Shown here: positions 28,046 through 38,120 of the stretch, piece after piece
Numbering within the stretch: position 1 is the first letter of the stretch
Layout of the letters: each line of letters starts with the position of its first letter
NCBI GenBank assembly: GCA_965215005.1
Contig: CBDCCZ010000054.1
Location: 269,069-333,068, forward strand
Direction: 5' to 3'
Source of the DNA: Kofleriaceae bacterium
Lineage (GTDB): Bacteria; Myxococcota_A; Polyangia; Haliangiales; Haliangiaceae
Length of the DNA stretch: 64,000 bases
Notes under the pieces: model-generated
The model's input: only the letters and a program-made list of their open reading frames with translations
Database searches by the model: none
Told to the model about the DNA's origin: nothing
Program-made: the position numbers and the translations under genes

Positions 28046-29206
28046 ATGCGCATCGCCTATGTCCTCGACCAGCTCTTGCCCAACACCGAGGCAGACACCG
28101 AGCAGGCCATCAACACCATCTCGGCGTTGGTGCGGCAAGGCGCTGAAGTGGTGCTGCACGTGCCGCGGTTGCTGGGCAGCGCAGGGGTGTCTTCAGCCGC
28201 ACTACGCGCTCATTATAAGGTGGAGGAGGAGCTGGCAATCGAGCAGCTTTGGGCACCGCTCGCGAGCGTGCGCGCAATCATCAAGCTCTTGCATCCGCTG
28301 CGGGTGACGACCGGCGCCGATCTTGGGAACTTCGATATCGTCTACACGCGCAACCTTCCGGCCGTGGCGAGCGCGCTAGCGAGCGATCATCGCGTCGTCT
28401 ACGAGACGTATCGGCCGTGGCCCGCTCAGTATCCACGCGTGGCGCCGGCGTTTCGGCTGGTCATGGGCCACCGTGGCTTCGTAGGTGCTGTGCTTCATTC
28501 GCAGCTTGCCAAAGAGAGTTACGCCGCCATTGGAGTATCGGATGACGTACTCGAAGTGGTGCACAATGGCTTCTCTCCCGCGCTCTTCGAGCCGCAGTTG
28601 TCGCAGGCTTCGGCACGGGCAGCGCTCGATCTGCCGGCGGATCGCTTCATCGCTGTCTATAGTGGTCGCGTGAGTCGCAAAAAGGGGCTCGACCTGGTGC
28701 TGGACATGGCGCGCCAACTTCCAGAGGTCTTGTTCCTGCTCGTTGGGTCACAACGTGAAGGAGCCATTGAGCAGTCCGCGCGTGAGCTCGACAACGTGCA
28801 GGTGCACCCGTGGATGCCGTTCGATCGGGTCGCGCCGTTTCTGTACGCTGCCGATGTACTTCTCGTGCCTCCCAGCCTCGGGCCACTGCAAAGGTCGCGA
28901 AACACCGTACTGCCGCTCAAGTTGTTTTCCTATCTCGCCGCGGGTCGGCCCATTTTGGCACCACGAGCGCCAGACACTGCCGAGCTGTTGCGCCATGAGG
29001 AAACCGCGGTGCTCGTGCCGGCCGATGAGCTCGCGGCCGCCGTTGCCGGTTTGCGACGTCTGCGCGAGCAGCCAGAGCTCGCCGAGCGCCTCGGCCGGAA
29101 GTGTCGCCAGCTTGCTGACGGACTCACGTGGGACGCGCGCGGACGTCGCCTGCTCGACTTCATCGAGCGGCGGCTCGAGCGCATGACGCCGTCGCGAGCC
29201 GCATGA
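28046..29206 (+). CDS. Glycosyltransferase family 4
   Basis: VVHNG, YSGRVSRKKGLD, ADVLLVP, PLKLFSYLAAGRPI, TWDAR. Confidence 0.88.
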   Translation: MRIAYVLDQLLPNTEADTEQAINTISALVRQGAEVVLHVPRLLGSAGVSSAALRAHYKVEEELAIEQLWAPLASVRAIIKLLHPLRVTTGADLGNFDIVYTRNLPAVASALASDHRVVYETYRPWPAQYPRVAPAFRLVMGHRGFVGAVLHSQLAKESYAAIGVSDDVLEVVHNGFSPALFEPQLSQASARAALDLPADRFIAVYSGRVSRKKGLDLVLDMARQLPEVLFLLVGSQREGAIEQSARELDNVQVHPWMPFDRVAPFLYAADVLLVPPSLGPLQRSRNTVLPLKLFSYLAAGRPILAPRAPDTAELLRHEETAVLVPADELAAAVAGLRRLREQPELAERLGRKCRQLADGLTWDARGRRLLDFIERRLERMTPSRAA

Positions 29207-30915
29207 CGAGTGGCCTCTACGTGGTGGCTGGAGCGCCGCCTTCGACCCCCGCTCTGCCATGTTCGGGCGGCATCTGGGCCCAGGCTCGAGGTGTGCTGGC
29301 CTCGAGTGCCCAGCGGGGTTCGCTCGAGCTGCTCTTCGAGGGCATCCTCACCGGCGGGCGTGCCGCAGATGCCGACGATGCGCAGGTGGCGCTCGAGGCG
29401 TTCGAGCGTGGTGGTGTGGAGGCGTTGCGCTCGCTCGATGGCTTCTACCAGCTGGCGCTGATCGACACCGTGCGCGGCTCGGCCACCATCGTCTGCGATG
29501 CGATGGCAACGCGACCTCTTTACGTCTATGCCGGCGCGGGTGTGGCTGCGATCGCTCCCTCTCCGGCTTGGTTTGCGGGCCTCGGGCTGCCGATGCAGCT
29601 CGACCGGCTTGGCCTTTACCAGGTGTTTCGACTCAACCACGGCATCGGCGGACGCACCCTGGCGCGCGAGGTGACGCGAAGCCGCCCACTCACGGTCTAT
29701 GAGCTCAGCGGCGACGGCAGTGTCCGCCGCTGGGGCCTGGAGCCGGTGCGCAAGCGCAGTGATGCTTCCATGACCCTCGATGCCGCCACCGACCGGCTGC
29801 GCGATATTACCGCCGAGGTCATCGCTGGAATCGTGAGTCATCCGCGGCTCCGCGCGCGGCAGATTCACCTTCCACTCACGGCGGGCATGGACTCGCGGCA
29901 CCTCCTCGCCGAGTTGCTACGCCAGGACCGAGCTCCGGCGCTGTTGCGCCACGTGCGGCTGAGCGACAACGAGTTGCTACCGGTGGCAGCGATTGCCGCC
30001 GATTACAAGCTACCGCTGCAGGCCACGGACGTAGCCAACCTGGATTACTCGAGTCTCTGCCGTCGATGGGTCGAGACCGCTGGCGCAGTGCACTTTCATC
30101 AGATGTATCTGATGGCGGTGGCCGATGCGCCTGTGGGCAGCGGCGTGCTCGGCTTCGATGGCTACCTAGCGGACATCTTTCTTGGCTTCTATCCGTTCAC
30201 CACTGCAATCGGCAACCGCTATTACAGTCGTGTCATGTTGCGCCGCTGGTTTGATGATCATCGTAGCCTCGATGCCGCCACCAACGCGGAGATAGACGCC
30301 GAGCTCGCGCTGTTTGCGGGACCAGAGAGCTTTTGCATCGGCGGTGCCGAAAGCTTCAACCGCGGCCTTTGCTACACGGGCTCGGTGTTTCCGGTGCTTG
30401 GGGACGATGCGCTGTACTTTGCGCCCGGTGCTCATCGAAAAGCGCTGGATTTCTACTGCACGGTGCCAGAAGCCGTGGCCGGCGCCAAGCGGGCCCGGCT
30501 GCACTTATTTCGGCGCGACTTTCCCGCGCTTGGCGCGTATCCAAACGAATATGGCACGAGCTATCTCGAGCTCGACACACTTTACAATTCCAAGAGTGTG
30601 CCATGGAGCAAGGCTCTCGCCTTCGCTCGGGGAATGCTCACGCCGCGCCGTCATGATCCAGCGCCTGACACCGAGCACGCATGGCTGCGCCAGATTGCGC
30701 CACTCCACGCGCTATCGCGACGCGTGAGCCACGACAGCGCACTCGCCGCTGATGGCCATCTGCCCGCATCGCGTCTAGCTCGGGCGTGGCGGCTTCATCA
30801 AGCGGGGGCGTTTCTGGCGTGGCCGCTCATGAGCTCGATCACGGCTGACGTGGGGTACCGTGTGCTGATATGCCGCCAACCGCCCGATGAAGTTGCCGGG
30901 TGGCTGCAGAGTTGA
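29203..30915 (+). CDS. Divergent asparagine-synthase-like amidotransferase/adenylation protein
   Basis: LDGFYQLALID...DAMATRPLYV (Ntn-like domain) and LPLTAGMDSR (variant of the SGGxDS PP-loop); ATGA-coupled to the GT4 gene. Confidence 0.6.
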   Translation: MTSGLYVVAGAPPSTPALPCSGGIWAQARGVLASSAQRGSLELLFEGILTGGRAADADDAQVALEAFERGGVEALRSLDGFYQLALIDTVRGSATIVCDAMATRPLYVYAGAGVAAIAPSPAWFAGLGLPMQLDRLGLYQVFRLNHGIGGRTLAREVTRSRPLTVYELSGDGSVRRWGLEPVRKRSDASMTLDAATDRLRDITAEVIAGIVSHPRLRARQIHLPLTAGMDSRHLLAELLRQDRAPALLRHVRLSDNELLPVAAIAADYKLPLQATDVANLDYSSLCRRWVETAGAVHFHQMYLMAVADAPVGSGVLGFDGYLADIFLGFYPFTTAIGNRYYSRVMLRRWFDDHRSLDAATNAEIDAELALFAGPESFCIGGAESFNRGLCYTGSVFPVLGDDALYFAPGAHRKALDFYCTVPEAVAGAKRARLHLFRRDFPALGAYPNEYGTSYLELDTLYNSKSVPWSKALAFARGMLTPRRHDPAPDTEHAWLRQIAPLHALSRRVSHDSALAADGHLPASRLARAWRLHQAGAFLAWPLMSSITADVGYRVLICRQPPDEVAGWLQS

Positions 30916-30925
30916 TGCTCGTCCT

Positions 30926-32407
30926 ATGACCGATGCTTCCAACGATGATGCGTTTCGCAAGCGTGTCGCCTTCTCGTTCTTGTACACAGGTGTTGGCAAC
31001 GCCGTAAGTAAGATCGTCAACGTGGTGGCGCTGCTCATCGCCATCAAGCTGGTCACCAAGGAGCAATTTGGTGCGGCAAGCTTGGTGCTGGCGGCGATCG
31101 CCATTCTCCGCAGCGTCACCGAGATGAGCCTGGGTGTGGCGCTAGTGCAAGCAAAGGAGCTGCGCAGCCGAGACGTGCACTCGCTGTTTTGGTTGTCGCT
31201 GCTGGTCTCACTGCTGTTTTACGCGTTGCTCGCCTTGGTCGGGGCGCCGCTGTTTGCGTGGTTCTATGATGAGCCAGAGCTGGCGGCGCTGTTGCGAGTG
31301 CACAGTCTCACGATCATCGTGTTCTCGTTCTACTTCGTGTCACGCACTCTCATGGAACGAGAGCTGCTCTTTGGCCGCATGGCCATCATCGACAACGTCG
31401 CACTCACTGCTGGCTCTGCTGTGATGATTTTGCTGGCGATGCGCGGATGGGGCGCTTGGTCGTTCGTCTGCGCCGACGTAGCGTATCGCCTGGTCCAGGC
31501 GTTGCTCTCGCAGCTGGCAAGGCCGTATTTGCCGCGCTGGAACTTTCGTGTGCGCCAAGTTTGGCACATGGTCACGTTTGGCGGTTACGCGGCGGGCTCG
31601 CGCCTTCTGTATAATTTTTATACCCAAGCCGACTATCTCATCGTCGGCAAGATCTTCGGTCCAGAGGAGCTCGCTATCTACACCATTGCGTACCGGGTGA
31701 TCAGCGATCCCGTGAAGGCACTCGCAACGGTAGTAAACCAGGTTGCCTATCCTGCGTTTGCGCGTCTGCAAGAAGAACGCGAGCGGCTCGAGCGGTACTT
31801 CTTCACGATCGCCCGCCTATCACTAGCTTTGATTGGGCTGATCCTGGTCGCCGTGCTCGTCTTCATCGATCTGGTGCTCGAGGGCTTTGGCTATCAGAGG
31901 TACATGGCTGCGGTGCCACTCATGTACGTTTTCGGCTTCATGGGTCTGCTGCAAGCCGCTGCGCCGCTGGTCCCTCAGCTCCTCAATGCAGTGGGACGCC
32001 CGCGACAAAATTTCCTGTATTCTGCTTCGTGCGCGGTCACCTTGCCGATTGCGTTCTTCGTTGGCGCGCAGGTAGCTCTAGCTGGCGTCGCGGTAGCCTG
32101 GCTCGTCGGTTATCCGCTCGTGGTGCTGCTGCTGTTTTGGTTTGGCGCCCGTGCTCTGGAGATTTCGCTCGGGCGCATGCTGGTCGGGGCGTTCTCTGGG
32201 CTCGTCGTGTTGGTGCCCGTGGCCCTCGTTGCGGTCGCGCTGCGCTTGCTGCTCACGCGGGCCCTTGCGCTCGATCCGGCGTTGGCGGCGTTGCTCGGAA
32301 TTGGCGGCACGTTGCTCATCGGCGGCGGCGTCGCGTTCCTTCGCGAGCGCGCGGATTTGCGCTCGGTCCGCCGCGGTCTAGCCGCGCCGAAACGCGATGC
32401 TCCGTGA
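30926..32407 (+). CDS. Wzx/PST-type polysaccharide flippase (MOP superfamily)
   Basis: More than 10 TM helices, EQFGAA, ALVQ, DYLIVGKIFGPEELAIYTIAY, VAYPAFAR. Confidence 0.88.
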   Translation: MTDASNDDAFRKRVAFSFLYTGVGNAVSKIVNVVALLIAIKLVTKEQFGAASLVLAAIAILRSVTEMSLGVALVQAKELRSRDVHSLFWLSLLVSLLFYALLALVGAPLFAWFYDEPELAALLRVHSLTIIVFSFYFVSRTLMERELLFGRMAIIDNVALTAGSAVMILLAMRGWGAWSFVCADVAYRLVQALLSQLARPYLPRWNFRVRQVWHMVTFGGYAAGSRLLYNFYTQADYLIVGKIFGPEELAIYTIAYRVISDPVKALATVVNQVAYPAFARLQEERERLERYFFTIARLSLALIGLILVAVLVFIDLVLEGFGYQRYMAAVPLMYVFGFMGLLQAAAPLVPQLLNAVGRPRQNFLYSASCAVTLPIAFFVGAQVALAGVAVAWLVGYPLVVLLLFWFGARALEISLGRMLVGAFSGLVVLVPVALVAVALRLLLTRALALDPALAALLGIGGTLLIGGGVAFLRERADLRSVRRGLAAPKRDAP

Positions 32408-32475
32408 GCCGTGGAGGTTCCGCTACGCGATCGGGTGACACAGTAGTGAGAAGTGTGGAGCGCAGAAGATGCGCC

Positions 32476-32491
32476 TGGCATGTAGCATGCT
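32476..32491 (+). promoter_or_regulatory. Candidate sigma54 (-24/-12) promoter upstream of the Omp85 gene
   Basis: TGGCATG-TAGC-ATGCT versus consensus TGGCACG-N4-TTGCW, with exact GG-N10-GC spacing. Confidence 0.4.
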
Positions 32492-32509
32492 TATCAACGC
32501 GCTCAGCTC

Positions 32510-33634
32510 GTGAAAAACGTTTGCGCACTTCTCTTACTTGAAATCATCTACGCGGCCTATCCGCTGCCTGTTGCCGCGCAGGAGTCGCGATCGGCAGCCG
32601 AAGTCGAGAACGGCGATGACGCGCAGCAGGCAGAGGTGCCACGCGGATGGCTGCTGCTGCCGGGCTTGAGTTTCTCGGACGACCGGGGCGTAACCGCGGC
32701 CCTGGCACTTTTCTACTACTTTGCCGCTGATGATAACTCGCGCCCTTCGGAGGTGCGTGTAGGCACAGCGGTGAGCAGCCAGGGCGACTACAACATTGAC
32801 CTCAGGCCACTCTTACGCCTCCACAAGGATGCGCTCGCTGTCATAGGAGTCGTTGATGCGTCACAGCAGAGCTGGCAGTTCTGGGGCATCGGCAACGATG
32901 CGCCGCGTGACGCCGAAGCGACGTATCAGCGCCGTCGAGTCGTGGGCCAGGTGGCGGTTCTATACCGAGTCTTGGCCGATTTGCGCGTGGGGCCCATGCT
33001 CGATCTGCAGAACGTGTCGAACCTGGAGATCGAGACTGCAGGCGCGTTCAGCGAGCCCCAGATGGTGCGCGGGACCGAAGGCGGATGGGTCGTGGGGCCG
33101 GCCGTACGGGCCCAGTGGGACAGCCGCAACCGGGTATTTGCGCCGCATGCAGGTTGGCTAATTGAGAGCCAGGCGCGGCATTATGACCGTCTCTTCGGCA
33201 GCGACTATACGTTTAGCGCCTTCAGTCTGGACGTGCGCACCTACCGCGAGCTGGCCCGAGAACACGTCCTGGCGCTGCAGGCGTTTGGGGACTTTCGCAC
33301 CGGCCAACCGCCCTTCGACCAGATGTCAGTCGCCGGAGGGTTCAATTTGCTACGTGGCATGCCGCGCGGTCGCCTTCGCGATCTCCACTACGTTGCGGGA
33401 CAAGCGGAGTATCGCAGTCCCATTTTTCTCTGGCGCTTTGGCGTCGCCGCGTTTCTCGGTGCCGGTCGTGTCGCACCTCGAATTCCCGACTTCATTGCCC
33501 GGGGGTGGATCTATTCGGCGGGCGGCGGCTTGCGATTCGCCGTAAAAGAACGCGACGGGGTTCATGTGCGCCTCGATGTGGCGCGAACCAACGATTCAAG
33601 CGGCATCTACCTCGACATCCTTGAAGCCTTCTGA
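32510..33634 (+). CDS. BamA/TamA (Omp85) family barrel-only outer-membrane protein
   Basis: Signal peptide, WDSRNRVFAP.AG, LLRGMPRGRLRD (VRGY-like), GGGLRF, C-terminal ILEAF. Confidence 0.8.
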   Translation: MKNVCALLLLEIIYAAYPLPVAAQESRSAAEVENGDDAQQAEVPRGWLLLPGLSFSDDRGVTAALALFYYFAADDNSRPSEVRVGTAVSSQGDYNIDLRPLLRLHKDALAVIGVVDASQQSWQFWGIGNDAPRDAEATYQRRRVVGQVAVLYRVLADLRVGPMLDLQNVSNLEIETAGAFSEPQMVRGTEGGWVVGPAVRAQWDSRNRVFAPHAGWLIESQARHYDRLFGSDYTFSAFSLDVRTYRELAREHVLALQAFGDFRTGQPPFDQMSVAGGFNLLRGMPRGRLRDLHYVAGQAEYRSPIFLWRFGVAAFLGAGRVAPRIPDFIARGWIYSAGGGLRFAVKERDGVHVRLDVARTNDSSGIYLDILEAF

Positions 33635-33688
33635 GCCGCCTGCGCCGTGCGGACGCGCACGGTGGGGCGCGGCCGCGGCCTCTTCCGC

Positions 33689-33991
33689 CTATAGAAACGG
33701 AAAGGCGTAGAAGATAACGATGCCGATAGCGAGAATCGCAAACAGGACCAGAATTGCCTTGCCGGCTCCGCCCGCCCCAGCCGTCTTGACGGCGTCGCGG
33801 TCGGTCTTCGGGTAGGGCCCGCCGGTGGTGCTCGGATCCTGCATCGAATCCGCAGGTGCGGAGAAGGATCCTTGATGACCGCCTGCATCCGCGGGTGCTG
33901 CAACCTCGGGAGGTCGCGGGTTGCCGCCGTACCCACGGGCCTCGCCGGTGCTCGAGCGGCCGTAATCTTGGGGTTCGAATGTCTCAGCCAT
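33689..33991 (-). CDS. Hypothetical protein with a disordered N-terminus and a C-terminal TM helix
   Basis: ATG with upstream AGGGA; C-terminal ILVLFAILAIGIVIFYAFPFL. Confidence 0.6.
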   Translation of the reverse strand: MAETFEPQDYGRSSTGEARGYGGNPRPPEVAAPADAGGHQGSFSAPADSMQDPSTTGGPYPKTDRDAVKTAGAGGAGKAILVLFAILAIGIVIFYAFPFL

Positions 33992-34021
33992 GTCCCTAAC
34001 GAGAGCAGGCCGCGTGCCAGC

Positions 34022-34441
34022 TCAGGAGGGGACGCGACGCGCTCGCGCTGGCGGGATAGGCGGAGTGCGTCCGAGGAGGACCTGGCGAGCCGCTGCAAGT
34101 CCTCCGGCGAGGAGGAAGAGGCACACCGATGCACCGGCAGTGACGGCCATTTGCTGGCCCACGAGATGACGTTCGGCGTCGCTGCGACGCAGCGCGGCAA
34201 GCCGTTCCACCAGCGCTGCTTCTACCTCTCGATAGGAGCCCTTTCGCGATTCTGACCGCTGCTGGCGCTGGAGGTGCAGCTCGAGCAGGTCGCCTTCGAT
34301 GCGATGCGAGGCGCGCTGGAGCGCAGCGACGCCGCTGGCCTGCCCGATGAGACTCATCGTCGCTAAGCCGCCGCCAGCAGCGGCGAGAAACGCGAGTGCA
34401 AGCAGCAGCGAGGCACGTTTGGCGGGCGTCTGCATGATCAC
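34022..34441 (-). CDS. Hypothetical two-TM membrane protein
   Basis: Hydrophobic segments at both ends flank a helical soluble region. Confidence 0.5.
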   Translation of the reverse strand: MIMQTPAKRASLLLALAFLAAAGGGLATMSLIGQASGVAALQRASHRIEGDLLELHLQRQQRSESRKGSYREVEAALVERLAALRRSDAERHLVGQQMAVTAGASVCLFLLAGGLAAARQVLLGRTPPIPPARARRVPS

Positions 34442-34557
34442 GAGTCAGTGTTGCAGAATCGGCCGCAGTTGCCAACGCACTCGCTCGTCACGCACATGCT
34501 GCGGCCGGTGGCCTTCCAGTGTTAAAACGCCGGCAGCTGCACGCAGGAGGAGGATGC

Positions 34558-34734
34558 ATGGCTGAGCTCATCGATGTTCGGACTCGCAAGCTAGTAGATG
34601 GTCGAGTCGAAGCGATCGCTATCACCGACAAGGAGGATGCCGCGGGAGATCCGCTGGTGATTACCGCCTATGGCGCAACCCCCGAGGAGGCCACTGCCGC
34701 AGCGCGTGCGCAGGCAAGCGAGCTGCCTTCGTGA
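34558..34734 (+). CDS. Small (58 aa) hypothetical protein
   Basis: Strong AGGAGGAGG RBS; GTGA overlap with the M61 peptidase start. Confidence 0.6.
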   Translation: MAELIDVRTRKLVDGRVEAIAITDKEDAAGDPLVITAYGATPEEATAAARAQASELPS

Positions 34735-36641
34735 GAGCCGTGATGCTCGCGCTGGTGATGCTCGTTGCCTGCCGCGGCGAGCAATCGAAGCAGCAGCGCG
34801 CTGACGACGAGCCCAGCAAGCGACTCAAACCGCCGACACCGCCGCCGGCCCCGCCGCCCGCCGCCCCCGTCAAACCCCGCGCATCCGCCGGTGAAGCCAT
34901 CGAATACACGCTGCGCTTCGACGATGCACCCACTCACTACGCGGACGTGACTGCCGTGGTGCCCTCGCCCGGCGACACCGTCGAGCTGATGATGCCGGTT
35001 TGGACGCCGGGTTCTTACAAGGTTCGCGACTACAGCCGCAACGTGAGCAGCTTGACTGCAGCAACCGCCGCGGGGGAGCCGCTAAAGGTCGATAAAACCC
35101 GCAAGAACCGCTGGAAGGTGCAGACCGGCGGCGCCGACCACGTCGTGCTTCGCTACCGCACCTATGGCAACGAGATCAGCGTCCGCACCAACTTCATCGC
35201 TGCAGAGATGGCGGTGCTAAACGGTGCGGCCACGTTTTTGACCCTGGCCGAAGGGCACGAGCGTCCGCACGACGTACTGATCGAGCCTCGCGCCGGGTGG
35301 GAAGCGGTGGTGACGTCACTGCCGCCGCATCCCGCGGGTGGCGAGCATCGCTTCTTGGCACCGGACTACGACACGCTCGTCGATTCACCCATCGTCGCCG
35401 GCTCCCCCACGATAACGGAATTCGTCGTCGCCAAGATTCCCCACGTGTTAGCGACCTTTGGTCCTCTTCAGCTTTGGGACCAACAGCAAGCAGCTAGCGA
35501 TCTCGCCAAGGTCACCGCAGAGCACATCGACTTTTGGAGAGTAACGCCGCATGAGCGTTACTGGTTTCTAAATACTCTAATTGGCAAGTTCAACGGCCTC
35601 GAGCATAAGCGCTCGACTCTGCTCAATGCGCCGCCACTGGTGATGGGCACGCGTAAGGAGTATCTAGATTGGTTGGCGCTTGCGAGCCATGAATACTTCC
35701 ACACATGGAACATCAAGCGGCTGCGACCCGCTGGACTCGGTCCATTCGACTATGAGAATGAGGTGTATGTCCGCAGTTTGTGGATCGTGGAGGGCATCAC
35801 GGCTTACTACGATGAGCTACTGCTGGCACGAGCCGGCCTGCTTTCCGAAGCCGAATATCTCGAGCGGTTGGGGAAACACGTGAAAGAGCTGCAAAAGGCG
35901 CCCGGCCGCCTTACCCAGTCGCTCAGCGAAGCGTCCTACGATGCGTGGATCAAGTACTACCAGAAGGACGAAAACTTCGTGAACACCGGCATCAGCTACT
36001 ACACCAAAGGCTCATTGGTGGCGCTGTTGCTCGATGTAGAGATTCGCCGTGCAAGCAGCGGTGCGCGGAGCCTCGATGATGTGATGCGGGCGGCGTACGA
36101 GCGATTCTCCGGTGAGAGTGGCTATACGCCTGCGGAGTTTCGCGCGCTCGCCAGCGAAGTGGCTGGCACCGAGCTCGAGGGCTTTTTTGCTCAGGCTGTC
36201 GATGGAACCAGCGAGCTCGACTACGCCCCCGCGCTGGAATGGCTGGGGCTGCGTTTTGCGCCGGCGAGCGAGGAGGATCCGGAGGCCGAGCCAGCTGGCT
36301 GGCTAGGCGCCAAGGTCAAGAGCAGTGCCCTGCAGTGGATCGTTGAGGAGGTGCCGCAGGGGACACCAGCCTACGCTGCAGGCGTAAGTGCAGGAGATGA
36401 GATCATCGCCATTGATGGCCTTCGGGTCCCCGCGGAAAGCAGGGACTCGGAGGGAACCGCGCTGGACGAGCGTCTCGAGCGATATCGGCCGGGCGCTGAG
36501 ATCGAGCTACTCGTGGCCCGCCGCGGCGTGATCACCCGGCTGGCGGTGACCTTGGGCTCGACGCCAGAGGAGGAGTTCGTTCTCGAGGCCGACCCCAAAG
36601 CCTCGGCTGCAGCCGTGAAGCGCCGGCGCGACTGGCTGTGA
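34731..36641 (+). CDS. M61 family metallopeptidase with a PDZ domain, lipoprotein
   Basis: Lipobox LVAC, MPVWTPGSY, GLEH, HEYFHTWN (HExxH), LWIVEGITAYY, SYYTKG, PDZ AGVSAGDEIIAIDG. Confidence 0.92.
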   Translation: MRAVMLALVMLVACRGEQSKQQRADDEPSKRLKPPTPPPAPPPAAPVKPRASAGEAIEYTLRFDDAPTHYADVTAVVPSPGDTVELMMPVWTPGSYKVRDYSRNVSSLTAATAAGEPLKVDKTRKNRWKVQTGGADHVVLRYRTYGNEISVRTNFIAAEMAVLNGAATFLTLAEGHERPHDVLIEPRAGWEAVVTSLPPHPAGGEHRFLAPDYDTLVDSPIVAGSPTITEFVVAKIPHVLATFGPLQLWDQQQAASDLAKVTAEHIDFWRVTPHERYWFLNTLIGKFNGLEHKRSTLLNAPPLVMGTRKEYLDWLALASHEYFHTWNIKRLRPAGLGPFDYENEVYVRSLWIVEGITAYYDELLLARAGLLSEAEYLERLGKHVKELQKAPGRLTQSLSEASYDAWIKYYQKDENFVNTGISYYTKGSLVALLLDVEIRRASSGARSLDDVMRAAYERFSGESGYTPAEFRALASEVAGTELEGFFAQAVDGTSELDYAPALEWLGLRFAPASEEDPEAEPAGWLGAKVKSSALQWIVEEVPQGTPAYAAGVSAGDEIIAIDGLRVPAESRDSEGTALDERLERYRPGAEIELLVARRGVITRLAVTLGSTPEEEFVLEADPKASAAAVKRRRDWL

Positions 36642-36653
36642 AGCCAACGCCAG

Positions 36654-38120
36654 CTACCGCAGCGCCTCCCGTACGGTGGCCTCGGCTTCGACCGCGGTGA
36701 GCACGCGCTCGATGTCTTCGGCTGCGACGCCGCGGGTGATGAAGACGATGCGGCTGCGGTGGTCGTCCGAGGGCCAGCGTTCCAGCCAACGAACGGGATG
36801 AAAGATATGCTGAACGCCATGGATCACGGCGGGGGTCGCGGGCCGCTCGGCCACGCATATGATGCCTTTGACGCGAAGCAGCCGATCGCCATATTGCGCC
36901 ACCAGTGCATCGAAGAGCTCAGTGAGCGCCGCGCCGCGTAGCGGGCCACGAGTTACGCAGTAGGCGTGAATGGCCGGATCGTGCGCACTCTCGCGAGAGT
37001 GATCGTGGGCGTGCTCGGATTCGGCAACGATGCGGTGGCGAGCGCGGTGATACGGGTCGGATGAGCCCTGCTCCGGTGGCGCGGCGAGCCACGCTTCGAG
37101 CTCTTCTGGTCGCGCGCGACGATCGAACCCGCCAGCGCCAAACAAGCTCGTGGCACTGACGTCGCCGGCGGAGCCTAGCAGCGTGGCGCCAGGGTTGATC
37201 GCGCGGAGCTGCTCAACGAGCGGGGCCAGGTCGTCCGGCGCGACTAGGTCGGTCTTGCTCAGAAGGAGCCGGTCGGCCACCGCGACCTGCTTGCGCGCCT
37301 CGGGATGGGCGGCCAGCGTGGCCGTGCCGCAGACGCTATCGACCACCGTCACCACGCCGTCGAGACGACAGCGCTGCAGCGCCGCGGGTGAGGCCATCAA
37401 CGCGTGCAGAATTGGCGCTGGATCTGCCATGCCGGTGGTTTCCACCAACACGCGCTCGATGGGCGGGATGCGACCCGTCGCCGCGCGCATCATCAGCACC
37501 TGCAGAGTCTCGAGGAGATCACCGCGAACGGTACAGCACACACAGCCACTCGAGAGCGCCATCATTCGCTCGTCTACTCGTTCTACGAGTAAGTGATCAA
37601 TAGAGATCTCGCCAAGCTCGTTGATGATGACCGCGGTTTTTGCCATGGCAGGATCGGCGAGAAGTCGGTTGAGCAGTGTCGTTTTGCCGCTGCCCAAAAA
37701 TCCTGTGATCACCGCAACGGGAATGCTCTTCGTGGCTGCTCGCGCGCGCGCGGATGCCACGGCGCTCACGCCATGCAAGCTAGCTATCGCTAGCCCCGCT
37801 AGCATGGCTAGGAGGCCGAGCATCCAGCCGCTGGTTCGCGTTGCGACCGCCAACGCTGCTGCGCTCGCAATCGTGAGCGCGAGCACTAGCAGCGTGCTGC
37901 GGTGGCGCATCCAGCCAATGACTGCGCTCGCCAGCGCAAAGCCGGCAGTCGCGCTTGCGAGCATGAGCGGCCCTCGCGCTGCTATCGAAAGCGCCGCCAA
38001 GACTGCGGTGCCGGCACCGTAGCCGAGCGCGACCCAGGCACCGGCGCGGTCGATCCAGACGTTGCCGTCGCGCCACGAGCGCAACCGTTGGAAAATCGCA
38101 TTGCTGCTGCGCGCCACCAT
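36654..38120 (-). CDS. COG0523/CobW-family G3E GTPase metallochaperone with an N-terminal multi-TM extension
   Basis: VITGFLGSGKTT, GCVCCTVRGDL, VETTGMADP, SKTD, His-rich linker, LLRVKG, IVFITRG; about 120 aa hydrophobic N-terminus; TGATG overlap with the sulfatase. Confidence 0.85.
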   Translation of the reverse strand: MVARSSNAIFQRLRSWRDGNVWIDRAGAWVALGYGAGTAVLAALSIAARGPLMLASATAGFALASAVIGWMRHRSTLLVLALTIASAAALAVATRTSGWMLGLLAMLAGLAIASLHGVSAVASARARAATKSIPVAVITGFLGSGKTTLLNRLLADPAMAKTAVIINELGEISIDHLLVERVDERMMALSSGCVCCTVRGDLLETLQVLMMRAATGRIPPIERVLVETTGMADPAPILHALMASPAALQRCRLDGVVTVVDSVCGTATLAAHPEARKQVAVADRLLLSKTDLVAPDDLAPLVEQLRAINPGATLLGSAGDVSATSLFGAGGFDRRARPEELEAWLAAPPEQGSSDPYHRARHRIVAESEHAHDHSRESAHDPAIHAYCVTRGPLRGAALTELFDALVAQYGDRLLRVKGIICVAERPATPAVIHGVQHIFHPVRWLERWPSDDHRSRIVFITRGVAAEDIERVLTAVEAEATVREALR

